Shown here: piece after piece, positions 48,754-56,434 of the stretch
Layout: the number at the start of each line of letters is the position of its first letter
How positions within the stretch are numbered: the stretch's first letter is position 1
IMG/VR virus record: IMGVR_UViG_3300035670_000008
Coordinates: 152,564 to 216,563 of that record
DNA length: 64,000 bases
Direction: 5' to 3' (one strand)
Program-made: the position numbers and the translations under genes
Notes under the pieces: model-generated
Database searches by the model: none
What the model was told of the DNA's origin: nothing
The model's input: the letters and a program-made list of their open reading frames with translations, nothing else

Positions 48754-49461
48754 TTAAAGGAACCGACCTTCAGTCGCCAGGGTTAATTGAGCGCCGTTAT
48801 AGTTGAGCCTAAATGGCAACGGCTTGTTTTCTAGCAGCGCGTAGACAACTTCATTAGTCATTAATGCACTGGCAAAGTTGGCGTTGATTAATTGAGGGCT
48901 GGACACGGCTTCGTAGCCGCAGCTACCACGGGGCTGGTCGCTAGGGCGCTCGTAGTTGGTAGCTACGTCAAAGGGGTGAACCGGACGAAGTTTACCCTCC
49001 ACGCGGGAGTACCATAAGCAGGTAGCAGTATGGAAGTCGTTACCTGGTAGGACGCAGGCGAAGTCCAATACTGGGTCGAGGTCGTCTAGGTCTTTGATAA
49101 CTTCGTTACGGGCGGACTCAGAGTCAACGGCTAAGACTACCAGCACCGCGCCGGGTTCGTCGCAGTGAGTAGTGTACTCTTCCAGCTGGGTACGGAACTT
49201 GTGCCGCCTTACGAAGTCTGGTACCGCGCTAATATTACAGACGGACTCCAGTCTTTTAGCAGCAGCGGCAGCTTTGTTTATACCTACGAAGGCAGGGTCG
49301 AATAATTGCCTTACACTATTAGACGATTCATACTCGTCGCCGTCATACACACAGACGTTCTTGGTGCCTTCCTTGTGATAGGCTAACAGCCGGACTAAAG
49401 GCTCTAATAGAATCGAACCGGTTCCACCGGCGCCGATGACATGACAGCTAGAAAATTTCAT
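48754..49461 (-). CDS. E1-like ThiF-family ubiquitin-activating enzyme (PRTRC-ThiF type)
   Basis: VIGAGGTG nucleotide-binding loop, YDGD.YESSN..RQ, G.NKA, AVD...AR, candidate catalytic GSC and QLINAN. Confidence 0.88.
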   Translation of the reverse strand: MKFSSCHVIGAGGTGSILLEPLVRLLAYHKEGTKNVCVYDGDEYESSNSVRQLFDPAFVGINKAAAAAKRLESVCNISAVPDFVRRHKFRTQLEEYTTHCDEPGAVLVVLAVDSESARNEVIKDLDDLDPVLDFACVLPGNDFHTATCLWYSRVEGKLRPVHPFDVATNYERPSDQPRGSCGYEAVSSPQLINANFASALMTNEVVYALLENKPLPFRLNYNGAQLTLATEGRFL

Positions 49462-50392
49462 TCTTGGCTCCTAAGATTTCAAATTTGGATTTAGTGGATA
49501 AGGTTTTTGAGTAAAGCACCAAGTCGCGGCAGGTCGTTAAGTACCCGCTGGGAGTTTTCTTTATCCAGCCGACCACGTAGGTTTTATCTGGTTTAGGCCG
49601 GTAGTGGTAACTTAAAGGGACTGTCTCGAACAGTTTCCCACGGTCAGCGACCACCATCGCTTGTGGTCTTTTGGTAGCGACTTTCAGAGTTAGGTCTGGA
49701 GCCCGGAAGGAAGTGGCTTCTTCTAGACTAAGGTGCGGCGGGGTGGGACTGGTTCGCTGGGCATACTCTTCATGGTCGTAGCTACTAAGTAGAAGTTCCG
49801 TGCTGCGGTCGTTTGTCCCCTGGGCCAGGTCTCGGTTAAAGTTGCTGGTGAAGAACGTATTGAACGCTTCCAGGTGGTCACGCGGCCGTTCTGCCCTACC
49901 CCAACAAATTTCACCATCGCGGTAAACGTTAGCTAACCGGTAGGGCACGTAGGTGCCGTCTTTGGTAACCGCAAATAGTTTCCAGCTTCCATGGTATATA
50001 GACATCAAAGACTTCGGAACGTGGATAGTCTTTGTGCCGTATAAGTGCTCTTCAACTGTGCATCCCAACCTGCATTTGTTGTCAAATACGCGGAGTGTGC
50101 CACCATCGCAAAGCTCACACTCGTCCATGAAGGCTCTCCTATGTGTCTGCAGTACGGAGAATTTGTAATCGGCCCGCTCGAAGCCAGTTGTCTTGATAAA
50201 CAACTTAGTAATGTCATCTATAGGTTTGTAATAGAAACAACCTTTGCAGGTCTCTTCAAACGAGTCTTGGCTGTTATAGCGGATGTCAATGCTGAAGGGG
50301 TCAAACAAGCAGGAGATTTTTATCCTGTTGCTTTTGTTGATACTAAGAATGGCCCCCGCCGCGATGGACGGGAACCGAAGCACTTTGAACAT
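49448..50392 (-). CDS. Prokaryotic E2 family D-like conjugating enzyme (copy 2)
   Basis: PYRLANVYRDGEICWG...FNTFFTSNFNRDL; Cys near 49905. Confidence 0.75.
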   Translation of the reverse strand: MFKVLRFPSIAAGAILSINKSNRIKISCLFDPFSIDIRYNSQDSFEETCKGCFYYKPIDDITKLFIKTTGFERADYKFSVLQTHRRAFMDECELCDGGTLRVFDNKCRLGCTVEEHLYGTKTIHVPKSLMSIYHGSWKLFAVTKDGTYVPYRLANVYRDGEICWGRAERPRDHLEAFNTFFTSNFNRDLAQGTNDRSTELLLSSYDHEEYAQRTSPTPPHLSLEEATSFRAPDLTLKVATKRPQAMVVADRGKLFETVPLSYHYRPKPDKTYVVGWIKKTPSGYLTTCRDLVLYSKTLSTKSKFEILGAKNEIF

Positions 50393-50393
50393 A

Positions 50394-51584
50394 TCAGTAT
50401 AGGCAGGTGTTGATGATGTCTTCAGCTACAGGCATATAGACGTTCAAGTCTAGCTTCTGTGCTAACAGCGCAGCTAGCAACTCTTGACCGCGGGGACAAG
50501 CCATTAGAGCGTCGGCGTAGATATCCAAGTTGGTTAGAATATCTTTCAGTGTTTCCTTCTCTTCACCGTTCAGGTCAACGGTTCGCTGGTCACGGAAGTT
50601 CTTGAACTCAACTTCGTGCTTGAGTTCATGTTTGATGTCCTTCTCGTAATCGCGGAACTTATTAGCCTGGTTGGTGTAGGTATAGTTCCCGTACCAGCCG
50701 GCATTGTAGTAGGTGTCGTCCCAATCATCCCACTCGTCGATACCATAGAGCTGGTCGCGGGGCATGAGGGTAACATTCTTCGGGCCTTTGTACTTGGTAA
50801 CCCAGGAGTTAGCGCCGACGCCACGATAAGAGTAAGCAGTAGCTCTGGTAACGTAGGTGCTGGCTAACGAAGAAATCTCTGCTACCTTGCTGTCGTAAAT
50901 AGTCATCACCTTGCATTTGTCGTTCGAGCCGACGGTGGCTACGCCATCCAGGTTTAACAACAAGTCAGGCCGGAAGATATACCGCTTTTTGTTTAAGACG
51001 ATGGAGCAGCAGATGTCGAACGAATGCGGGGTAATCATTCCGATGGTGCAGTGCATCCCCGGTACGCCCAGTTCGCCTTGGTCATCCCGCCCGCTCCAAA
51101 AGGCGCTCATTGAGTTGTGAGAATGGATCGACCCGGAATGACAGTAGCCTTCCGGTGGAAATACCGTGTATTCTTCCCCTGTAAATAAGTCGCAGCTGTG
51201 GGTCGTAACGGCGTCTACAGTGACGCTAGTCACCGACTGCATCGGCACGACGACTTTCCACTGGCTGGGGTCATCTACTCCGCGCAGCAGGCACACTTGC
51301 ACTTCGGTGCTCCCGACGACGTAGGCGGAGCCATTGGTCGACATGTAGCTACGGAAGAAGGTGACAATGCCCTGGAGTAAGTGGAAAGGTAGACGGTCGA
51401 ACTGTTCTTTTAGCCACATGTAATCGACTTCGGCGGGCTTGTCGACTCCTTTCGGGTCTTTGATAGGCACGTAGTATTCACCCCAGTAGTTACTCTTCTG
51501 GAGTTTGAAGCAGCCGTCCTTCGTCCGAATGAACGGGGCTTTCTCTGTTTCTTTCACCGGTGCGGTGGTTAATGTTTGAGTCAT
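50394..51584 (-). CDS. JAB/JAMM metalloisopeptidase (Prok-JAB/PRTRC-A type)
   Basis: TEV...VVVPMQSVT...GSIHSHNSMSAFWSGRDD (E...HxH-x7-S-x2-D). Confidence 0.88.
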   Translation of the reverse strand: MTQTLTTAPVKETEKAPFIRTKDGCFKLQKSNYWGEYYVPIKDPKGVDKPAEVDYMWLKEQFDRLPFHLLQGIVTFFRSYMSTNGSAYVVGSTEVQVCLLRGVDDPSQWKVVVPMQSVTSVTVDAVTTHSCDLFTGEEYTVFPPEGYCHSGSIHSHNSMSAFWSGRDDQGELGVPGMHCTIGMITPHSFDICCSIVLNKKRYIFRPDLLLNLDGVATVGSNDKCKVMTIYDSKVAEISSLASTYVTRATAYSYRGVGANSWVTKYKGPKNVTLMPRDQLYGIDEWDDWDDTYYNAGWYGNYTYTNQANKFRDYEKDIKHELKHEVEFKNFRDQRTVDLNGEEKETLKDILTNLDIYADALMACPRGQELLAALLAQKLDLNVYMPVAEDIINTCLY

Positions 51585-51600
51585 AGTTTAGTAGGCTCCG

Positions 51601-53166
51601 TTAGAAGGTTGCTAGTTGCTCTTGCTGCTCTTGCTGCTGCCGCTCTCTCATCAACTGTTTTAGTTCAGCCATGGTGAAATACCCCAGTCCGCTTACAGAG
51701 TTGATTTCATTAGCTTCTAGACCAGTCTCTTCTTGAATTAGTTGGCAGTACATCAAGGCCTGCTCTAAGATGTAATGCTGTTTTTCTCTTGACGACCATT
51801 CCTCAGATACTTCAGAGTCCACAGTTGGAACCTCAGCGGCTTCTAGTTTTTTCTGTAGCCGCTCCTGGATTTTGTCAGTCTTTGCTGCGTTTGCTTTAAG
51901 TTTGTTGAGGTCGATAACCTTTAGGTCACTCAACTTACCATCAGCTAAGAAACGAACCAATGCTTTCCCCGTTGAGTTATTCACTTTGTACACAAACGCC
52001 AGGCTGAAGCTAATGTAGTTTGTGAAAGAGAATCTAACAGAGCAGTCGTAGACTGGGTACGGTCGGAACTTTAAGGACATTTCGTTCTTTAAAGAGCCGG
52101 TTACAGGTAACAAAGGAGACTGGCACATCAATAGCCCAATTACGTCGTTGTCGGCGTAGTCACAGTCGTATGAGCCGTCGTAAAGAGTAAAGCCTTTTTC
52201 CAGGTGGTTTAGGAAACTCTCGTTGGCGGTGAAGCGGTAGTAGTGTTCGACCTTGGGGTGACGGTCGTCGTCGCTCGGGTTATACACCAAAGACGGGGTT
52301 CCTTCATCGTCGTCTTCGTCTTCGTACTCCCGGTTTTCGGAGTCGTACGGCGCGTACGAATCGTTGTACTCATGGGGAACCAAGTCGTAGTTGAAGGAGC
52401 TACTGAAGTAAGTAGCGTAGGCACCGCGGGGGTCGTAGGGACGTCCCTGCTCACCCCAGCAGACGTCTCCATCGCCGTATACGTTACCCAACAAGTAAGG
52501 TACCCCGATAGCTGTGACAGTCTTTACTTCTTGGTCGTTGAAGGTCTTTACTTTTTCCTCTATGTCCCGTATGGCGAAGACCTTAAAGTTACCACAACCA
52601 ACTTCTTCGGCGTTGATACGTCTTAAATCTACTGTGCTCTGCCACAGTAAGTTAGGTACTCTTAGATTCACGGCGGCAGAGAAGGTCTCTCCAGCCCGGC
52701 ATGGCTTACCATCTCTCAGGCTTTGCTCTTCTTCTATGCCGAGTAGGTGGCTATTCGACAGACCTGGGCAAGCGTTGGGTAACTTACGGAAGTATTCTTG
52801 GTAATAGGGGGTGAAGTCTACCCAACCCAACATTGCCCTGATTTGGTCTTCTTTTGAGCGGTTGAGCAGGTAAGTTCTGCGGGAATAGAAGCTGCCAGTT
52901 GTGCTGCGAAGGGTTCTATTAAAGAACGCTTCATCGTCGTTGAGTTTCTTTGTTAAATGGGTTTTGATGGCGTCCGCTGCTTTGCTACGAGCGTTCTGGC
53001 TGCACTGTCTACAGCGGTTTGCAGTGATATCACAGAGGAGTTCGTCGTCTAGCAGGATTTCTTTCTCTTCTGCTTCAGTGACGTTATAAACCACCAGCGA
53101 GCTGTTATTCGCTAGCACGTTAACAAAGACAGTCTTAGTGCCTTTCGGGAAATAGAAAACTTTCAT
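51601..53166 (-). CDS. Prokaryotic E2 family D-like conjugating enzyme (copy 1, 521 aa with extensions)
   Basis: PYLLGNVYGDGDVCWG...YATYFSSSFNYDL; Cys near 52460. Confidence 0.75.
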   Translation of the reverse strand: MKVFYFPKGTKTVFVNVLANNSSLVVYNVTEAEEKEILLDDELLCDITANRCRQCSQNARSKAADAIKTHLTKKLNDDEAFFNRTLRSTTGSFYSRRTYLLNRSKEDQIRAMLGWVDFTPYYQEYFRKLPNACPGLSNSHLLGIEEEQSLRDGKPCRAGETFSAAVNLRVPNLLWQSTVDLRRINAEEVGCGNFKVFAIRDIEEKVKTFNDQEVKTVTAIGVPYLLGNVYGDGDVCWGEQGRPYDPRGAYATYFSSSFNYDLVPHEYNDSYAPYDSENREYEDEDDDEGTPSLVYNPSDDDRHPKVEHYYRFTANESFLNHLEKGFTLYDGSYDCDYADNDVIGLLMCQSPLLPVTGSLKNEMSLKFRPYPVYDCSVRFSFTNYISFSLAFVYKVNNSTGKALVRFLADGKLSDLKVIDLNKLKANAAKTDKIQERLQKKLEAAEVPTVDSEVSEEWSSREKQHYILEQALMYCQLIQEETGLEANEINSVSGLGYFTMAELKQLMRERQQQEQQEQLATF

Positions 53167-53182
53167 AGTTTAGAAAGGAAGT

Positions 53183-53219
53183 AAAAAAAGAGAAGACCCC
53201 GCGTTAGCAGGGCCCTCTC
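53183..53219 (-). terminator. Intrinsic terminator between Ubl and the first E2 gene
   Basis: Minus strand GAGAGGGCCCTGC-TAAC-GCGGGGTCTTCTC followed by T7. Confidence 0.7.
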
Positions 53220-53239
53220 AGTAGTAACAACTCTTTTGA

Positions 53240-53584
53240 CTACGCGCCTTTGGTGTCCGCGCTGGCAGAGGCGGTGACTAGTTCACCCGGTTTGGGGACG
53301 TAGTCTTTGGAGACGTAGGTGGTCTGAATCTTGAAGTTCAGCCGGCTGACGTCGCTGACGCCAATGGAGCCACGGTACTCCTGCACGATTTGCTGCAGGG
53401 TTTTGGTGCCGTCCACCGTAGCCACGAACTCTTCGGTTCCGTAGCGGACGATGATTTGGGACTCAGGATTGAACTGCTCTTCAGTGAACTCACCTTCGTC
53501 GAAATCGGGCTCGAAGTCCGCGAAGAGTTCTTCTTCGGGAGCTTCGGTGGAGTTAACGGGAGCGTTGGTTTCGTAATCAGACAT
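53240..53584 (-). CDS. Ubiquitin-like (beta-grasp) modifier protein with acidic N-terminal extension
   Basis: Beta-grasp pattern IIVRYG...ATVDGTKTLQQIVQEY...LNFKI...YVPKPGELVT; C-terminus DTKG-A; first gene of an E2/JAB/E2/E1 operon; GAGGA Shine-Dalgarno. Confidence 0.75.
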   Translation of the reverse strand: MSDYETNAPVNSTEAPEEELFADFEPDFDEGEFTEEQFNPESQIIVRYGTEEFVATVDGTKTLQQIVQEYRGSIGVSDVSRLNFKIQTTYVSKDYVPKPGELVTASASADTKGA

Positions 53585-53752
53585 GGGAAATCCTCAATGT
53601 TGGTAATGGACAGAATGTTTCTAGCACTTCTAATGCTTAAGCTTCGGCAATAAAATTAGGGCATACAGTTATTGCATTCTTGTTTCTTCTTGCTTTCTAT
53701 TCGCTCTTTTCCGTGGCTTCGTGTGTAAGCTCTGAGAAACCCCAGAGAACTC

Positions 53753-54088
53753 TTAGAATTCTAGCACAAACTCGCAAGCTAGTCCGCTAGTCTGGAAAAG
53801 CACATGCCATTTGACGGTGTCGTTTAGCTCCTCTATGTCCCAGTAGTAGGACAGGTCTAGCATTAGATGCTTGTATTCCTGCCGGCTACCATCTGGGGCT
53901 TTGTGGAAACACCTTAAGCAGGTGTATAACGTCTTGTTGACATCCAAGCGGTCTAGCAGTTCCTCGGTAGTTAGATACTCAGGTTCTAACGTTGTTAAGA
54001 GGATGTAGCTACGCACGAAGGAGGTAACAACGTCTTGTGGGGTTATAGTTGGCATTGGTACCTCGTATGTTGACGAACCGTTCGTCAC
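53753..54088 (-). CDS. Hypothetical protein
   Basis: 111-aa ORF overlapping the upstream ORF stop. Confidence 0.55.
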   Translation of the reverse strand: MTNGSSTYEVPMPTITPQDVVTSFVRSYILLTTLEPEYLTTEELLDRLDVNKTLYTCLRCFHKAPDGSRQEYKHLMLDLSYYWDIEELNDTVKWHVLFQTSGLACEFVLEF

Positions 54089-54348
54089 TCTGAGAAGAAC
54101 TCTTTGTAATACATCAACCCGTTGATAACACCATTGACGCCAATCTTCCCAGTCGGGCTGATGTAGATTTGAAGCAACCGGTCAAGTACTTCGATGTACT
54201 CTAAGGCTTTGTTGGCTGGCTCAGTGTTCAACCCTACCAAGTAAAGCAACTTCGATTTGGTCTGCTGGCTTTTGGCTTTTTTCTGTAGCTTCTGGAAGTA
54301 ATCTTGGAGGGCGTCGAATGTACTCGGCATAGTTCTTCTAGGTCTCAA
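54085..54348 (-). CDS. Hypothetical protein
   Basis: 87-aa ORF; true start may be the internal ATG (MPSTF). Confidence 0.5.
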   Translation of the reverse strand: MRPRRTMPSTFDALQDYFQKLQKKAKSQQTKSKLLYLVGLNTEPANKALEYIEVLDRLLQIYISPTGKIGVNGVINGLMYYKEFFSE

Positions 54349-54403
54349 GTAAACGGTATATTTCGCTACATTTATAATAGGTATTCCTCAATGGTAGGTG
54401 GGT

Positions 54404-54526
54404 ATGAATATTAAGGTAGACAGCCGCTTGAGAAAGCAGAATGCTGAATCGCTTCGTCGCAAGGAAGCGGCTCTAGAACGGCTACGGGTGCGGGTCAAGC
54501 AGGACTTTTCTACGAGCCGCGGATAG
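54404..54526 (+). CDS. Small basic helical peptide (40 aa)
   Basis: MNIKVDSRLRKQNAESLRRKEAALERLRVRVKQDFSTSRG; AGGTGG upstream and TATAAT at about 54373; not in the ORF track. Confidence 0.35.
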   Translation: MNIKVDSRLRKQNAESLRRKEAALERLRVRVKQDFSTSRG

Positions 54527-54671
54527 CTTTAACCGGGGAGTCGACGCTTAACCCAAGCTTCTGTCGGTTCTCGGTGTAGCGTTTGATAGCTCCATCTTCA
54601 TCGTCGGCTTGGACAAAACTCAAAATGGTAGGTGGGTCAACTTGGGCGTCGATGATTTTGTAGAAGGGCAT
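54510..54671 (-). CDS. Small hypothetical protein (53 aa)
   Basis: MPFYKIIDAQVDPPTILSFVQADDEDGAIKRY...; below the ORF-track cutoff. Confidence 0.5.
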   Translation of the reverse strand: MPFYKIIDAQVDPPTILSFVQADDEDGAIKRYTENRQKLGLSVDSPVKAIRGS

Positions 54672-54721
54672 AGTTTAAACAGCTAAGTGTGTCACCTTAG
54701 TACTATGGCACATTTCTTAAG

Positions 54722-54751
54722 AAAAAGTGAAGGGGGCGCATAGGCACCCCC
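54722..54751 (-). terminator. Terminator ending the tmRNA/tRNA transcript
   Basis: Minus strand GGGGGTGC-CTAT-GCGCCCCC followed by TTCACTTTTT. Confidence 0.7.
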
Positions 54752-54910
54752 GGTGACCTAGTTGGGTAACAAGGTTAGGTCAGACCCCGTCATTCATACC
54801 GCAACAGCGGTACGTTTGAAAGCAACCACTTGGTTGGCATTTGTTGTTTGCTCATCCGAGCAGGCTTCATCGTAGTGCCATCCTTTACCAATCGAAACCG
54901 TTGCATCCCC
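54732..54910 (-). ncRNA. ssrA: tmRNA coding piece (5' half of a permuted two-piece tmRNA)
   Basis: Begins GGGGAUG-CAACGGUUUCGA (tmRNA 5' end and D-loop analogue); tag ORF 54838-54794 reads ANQVVAFKRTAVAV*; pairs with the piece at 55064 onward; 3' end approximate. Confidence 0.85.
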
Positions 54911-54911
54911 G

Positions 54912-54987
54912 TGGTACAGGGTACAGGAGTTGAACCTGTCTAAGCGGAATTATGAGTTCCGTGCCTAAACCGCTCGGCCAACCCTGC
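54912..54987 (-). tRNA. tRNA with CAU anticodon (probably Ile2/lysidine type, otherwise elongator Met)
   Basis: GCAGGGU/ACCCUGU acceptor stem, anticodon arm CGGAA-CUCAUAA-UUCCG, T-loop GUUCAAC, encoded CCA; lacks the initiator GGG/CCC anticodon stem. Confidence 0.9.
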
Positions 54988-54991
54988 AAGG

Positions 54992-55062
54992 CACCTCCTG
55001 AAGGAATCGAACCCTCGTATTCGGTTTTGGAGACCGACGTTCTACCACTGAACTAAGGAGAT
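54992..55062 (-). tRNA. tRNA-Trp (CCA anticodon)
   Basis: AUCUCCU/AGGAGGU acceptor stem, G73 discriminator, anticodon arm UCGGU-CUCCAAA-ACCGA, T-loop GUUCGAU; followed by CCU rather than CCA. Confidence 0.92.
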
Positions 55063-55063
55063 T

Positions 55064-55130
55064 TGGTGGAGATGGGGAGAGTCGAACTCCCGTCTTGGCA
55101 ACCAGCCGCTACGACTATCCCAGTTTAAAG
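55064..55130 (-). ncRNA. ssrA: tmRNA acceptor piece (3' half of a permuted two-piece tmRNA)
   Basis: Ends GAC-GGGAG-UUCGACU-CUCCC-CAUCUCC-A-CCA; CAUCUCC pairs with GGGGAUG giving G3.U70 and A73; 5' end uncertain. Confidence 0.85.
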
Positions 55131-55160
55131 ACGTATGGAAGGTCTATTGTTATTTTAGCT

Positions 55161-55559
55161 TTAATTAGATTTAGCTTCTAGTATTTTAGTGGCTTTTGCA
55201 GCTAGCTTCTCAAAGACCTCCGCGGGGAGACTTTCTTGGCAGACAATCATAAAGACTTTACGGAACTCTTTAGTGCTGCTGTAAATAGCTGCGTTGGACC
55301 TTTTTCTTTCTCTTAGCCGTCTTTCCTTTTCGAGTTGCACCCGCTTAAGGCTGGAAATCCGGTAGCGTTTCGCTGACTTTGCTCGGGCTTCCCATTCTTT
55401 GTCGTTCTGCCCTCTTACTTCAGCGTATTCCAGGTGTGTATTGATGGTAGCTATCTCTTCGTGTAGCTGCAGTTCTAAGTCCTCCAGCTCCTCTTCTGAT
55501 AGCTCTTGAGTGTTTAATGTGTTAGGGGGCTGTTTTGACAGTCCACTTAAGTTATCCAT
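55161..55559 (-). CDS. Hypothetical coiled-coil protein
   Basis: 132-aa helical ORF overlapping the upstream stop. Confidence 0.65.
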   Translation of the reverse strand: MDNLSGLSKQPPNTLNTQELSEEELEDLELQLHEEIATINTHLEYAEVRGQNDKEWEARAKSAKRYRISSLKRVQLEKERRLRERKRSNAAIYSSTKEFRKVFMIVCQESLPAEVFEKLAAKATKILEAKSN

Positions 55560-56160
55560 GGGTTTTAAGGTGGTCTAAGAACAAAGCTAAGCAGCTAACT
55601 AAGTCTTCTAGTCCCTTAGCAAGCTTACTGTCTAACGCCTCTTCGATGGCTTCTCTTTCAACTTCACACCACAAGTCTTCTACCTGACGGTACAACTTAT
55701 CATCGTCAGATACTATGTAGGACTCGTATAATTTTGGATGGTTACTCTTTAACCACTCGTCCTTGATAGTTGAGTATTCTTCTTCTACTTCTTTAACGAG
55801 TCCGTTTCTATACACTGCTTTGCCGGTGAAGTCGCATCCAGGTTCGTCGTAGGTGAGTACAATAACAGCGTCAGGGAATTGTTTAGAGATAGCGTTAAAC
55901 CCTGCTGAAGGAGGCGACCAGGGAGTCCAACAGGATATCTCTACACAGTCGTCGCTGCTGGAGTAAGTGGGTTCTTGCAAGTCCCATTTAGTCCCCCAAT
56001 TATCATAACGCCAGTCGACAGTATCTTCTCTGGGCGGCGGCACGAAGATGCTTAGTAACCCAAAATCTTCTTTATAGTTTTTGAGGATGCTATCAAACGT
56101 GCGTTTCTGCTCGGCAGTTAGGTTGTAGATGCGGATGGAGTTGTTGCAATAGTTAGGCAT
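55552..56160 (-). CDS. DUF1281/YubB-like ferredoxin-fold protein
   Basis: MPNYCNN...DWRYDNWGTKWD...TPWSPP...YDEPGCDF.G. Confidence 0.75.
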   Translation of the reverse strand: MPNYCNNSIRIYNLTAEQKRTFDSILKNYKEDFGLLSIFVPPPREDTVDWRYDNWGTKWDLQEPTYSSSDDCVEISCWTPWSPPSAGFNAISKQFPDAVIVLTYDEPGCDFTGKAVYRNGLVKEVEEEYSTIKDEWLKSNHPKLYESYIVSDDDKLYRQVEDLWCEVEREAIEEALDSKLAKGLEDLVSCLALFLDHLKTHG

Positions 56161-56164
56161 TGCT

Positions 56165-56434
56165 CTAAGGTTTAATCACTTTATCTTTGTAAGTTTCCCA
56201 GTACTTTTTATCCATCTCTGAGTCGTTCAAAGCTGGGGGTTGGTAGAATCTAATGTCTTCCCCGCGGTCATTAGTAGTGTAGCCACCTAGGTGTGAAGTG
56301 TCCCTGGTCTTAACGTCTATTAAGTAAGGGCTACCGCAGCAGCCGCAGCCTTCAATAGCCACGCCATACTTTAGTGTCAGTTCCCGCAATCCTAATAGGA
56401 AGTTAATTTGATTTCGTTTTAGTTTTGAACTCAT
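56165..56434 (-). CDS. Small hypothetical protein with GCGCCGSP motif
   Basis: ATG at 56434 (MSSKLKR) overlapping the upstream stop; Cys cluster. Confidence 0.6.
   Translation of the reverse strand: MSSKLKRNQINFLLGLRELTLKYGVAIEGCGCCGSPYLIDVKTRDTSHLGGYTTNDRGEDIRFYQPPALNDSEMDKKYWETYKDKVIKP

Noticed and set aside
48754-49461. ThiF/MoeB for thiamine or molybdopterin biosynthesis
   Set aside because: No thiG/moaE-type neighbours, no Zn-binding CxxC pairs, and the partners are E2-like and JAB proteins.
54390-54637. 14-bp direct repeat AATGGTAGGTGGGT at 54390 and 54624
   Set aside because: Only two copies, one inside a likely ORF, with no supporting structure; may be chance.
55064-55094. Truncated tRNA remnant or attP-like fragment
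   Set aside because: It pairs precisely with the GGGGAUG segment at 54910 in three helices and a tag ORF is present, so a permuted tmRNA explains it better; no integrase is in the window.
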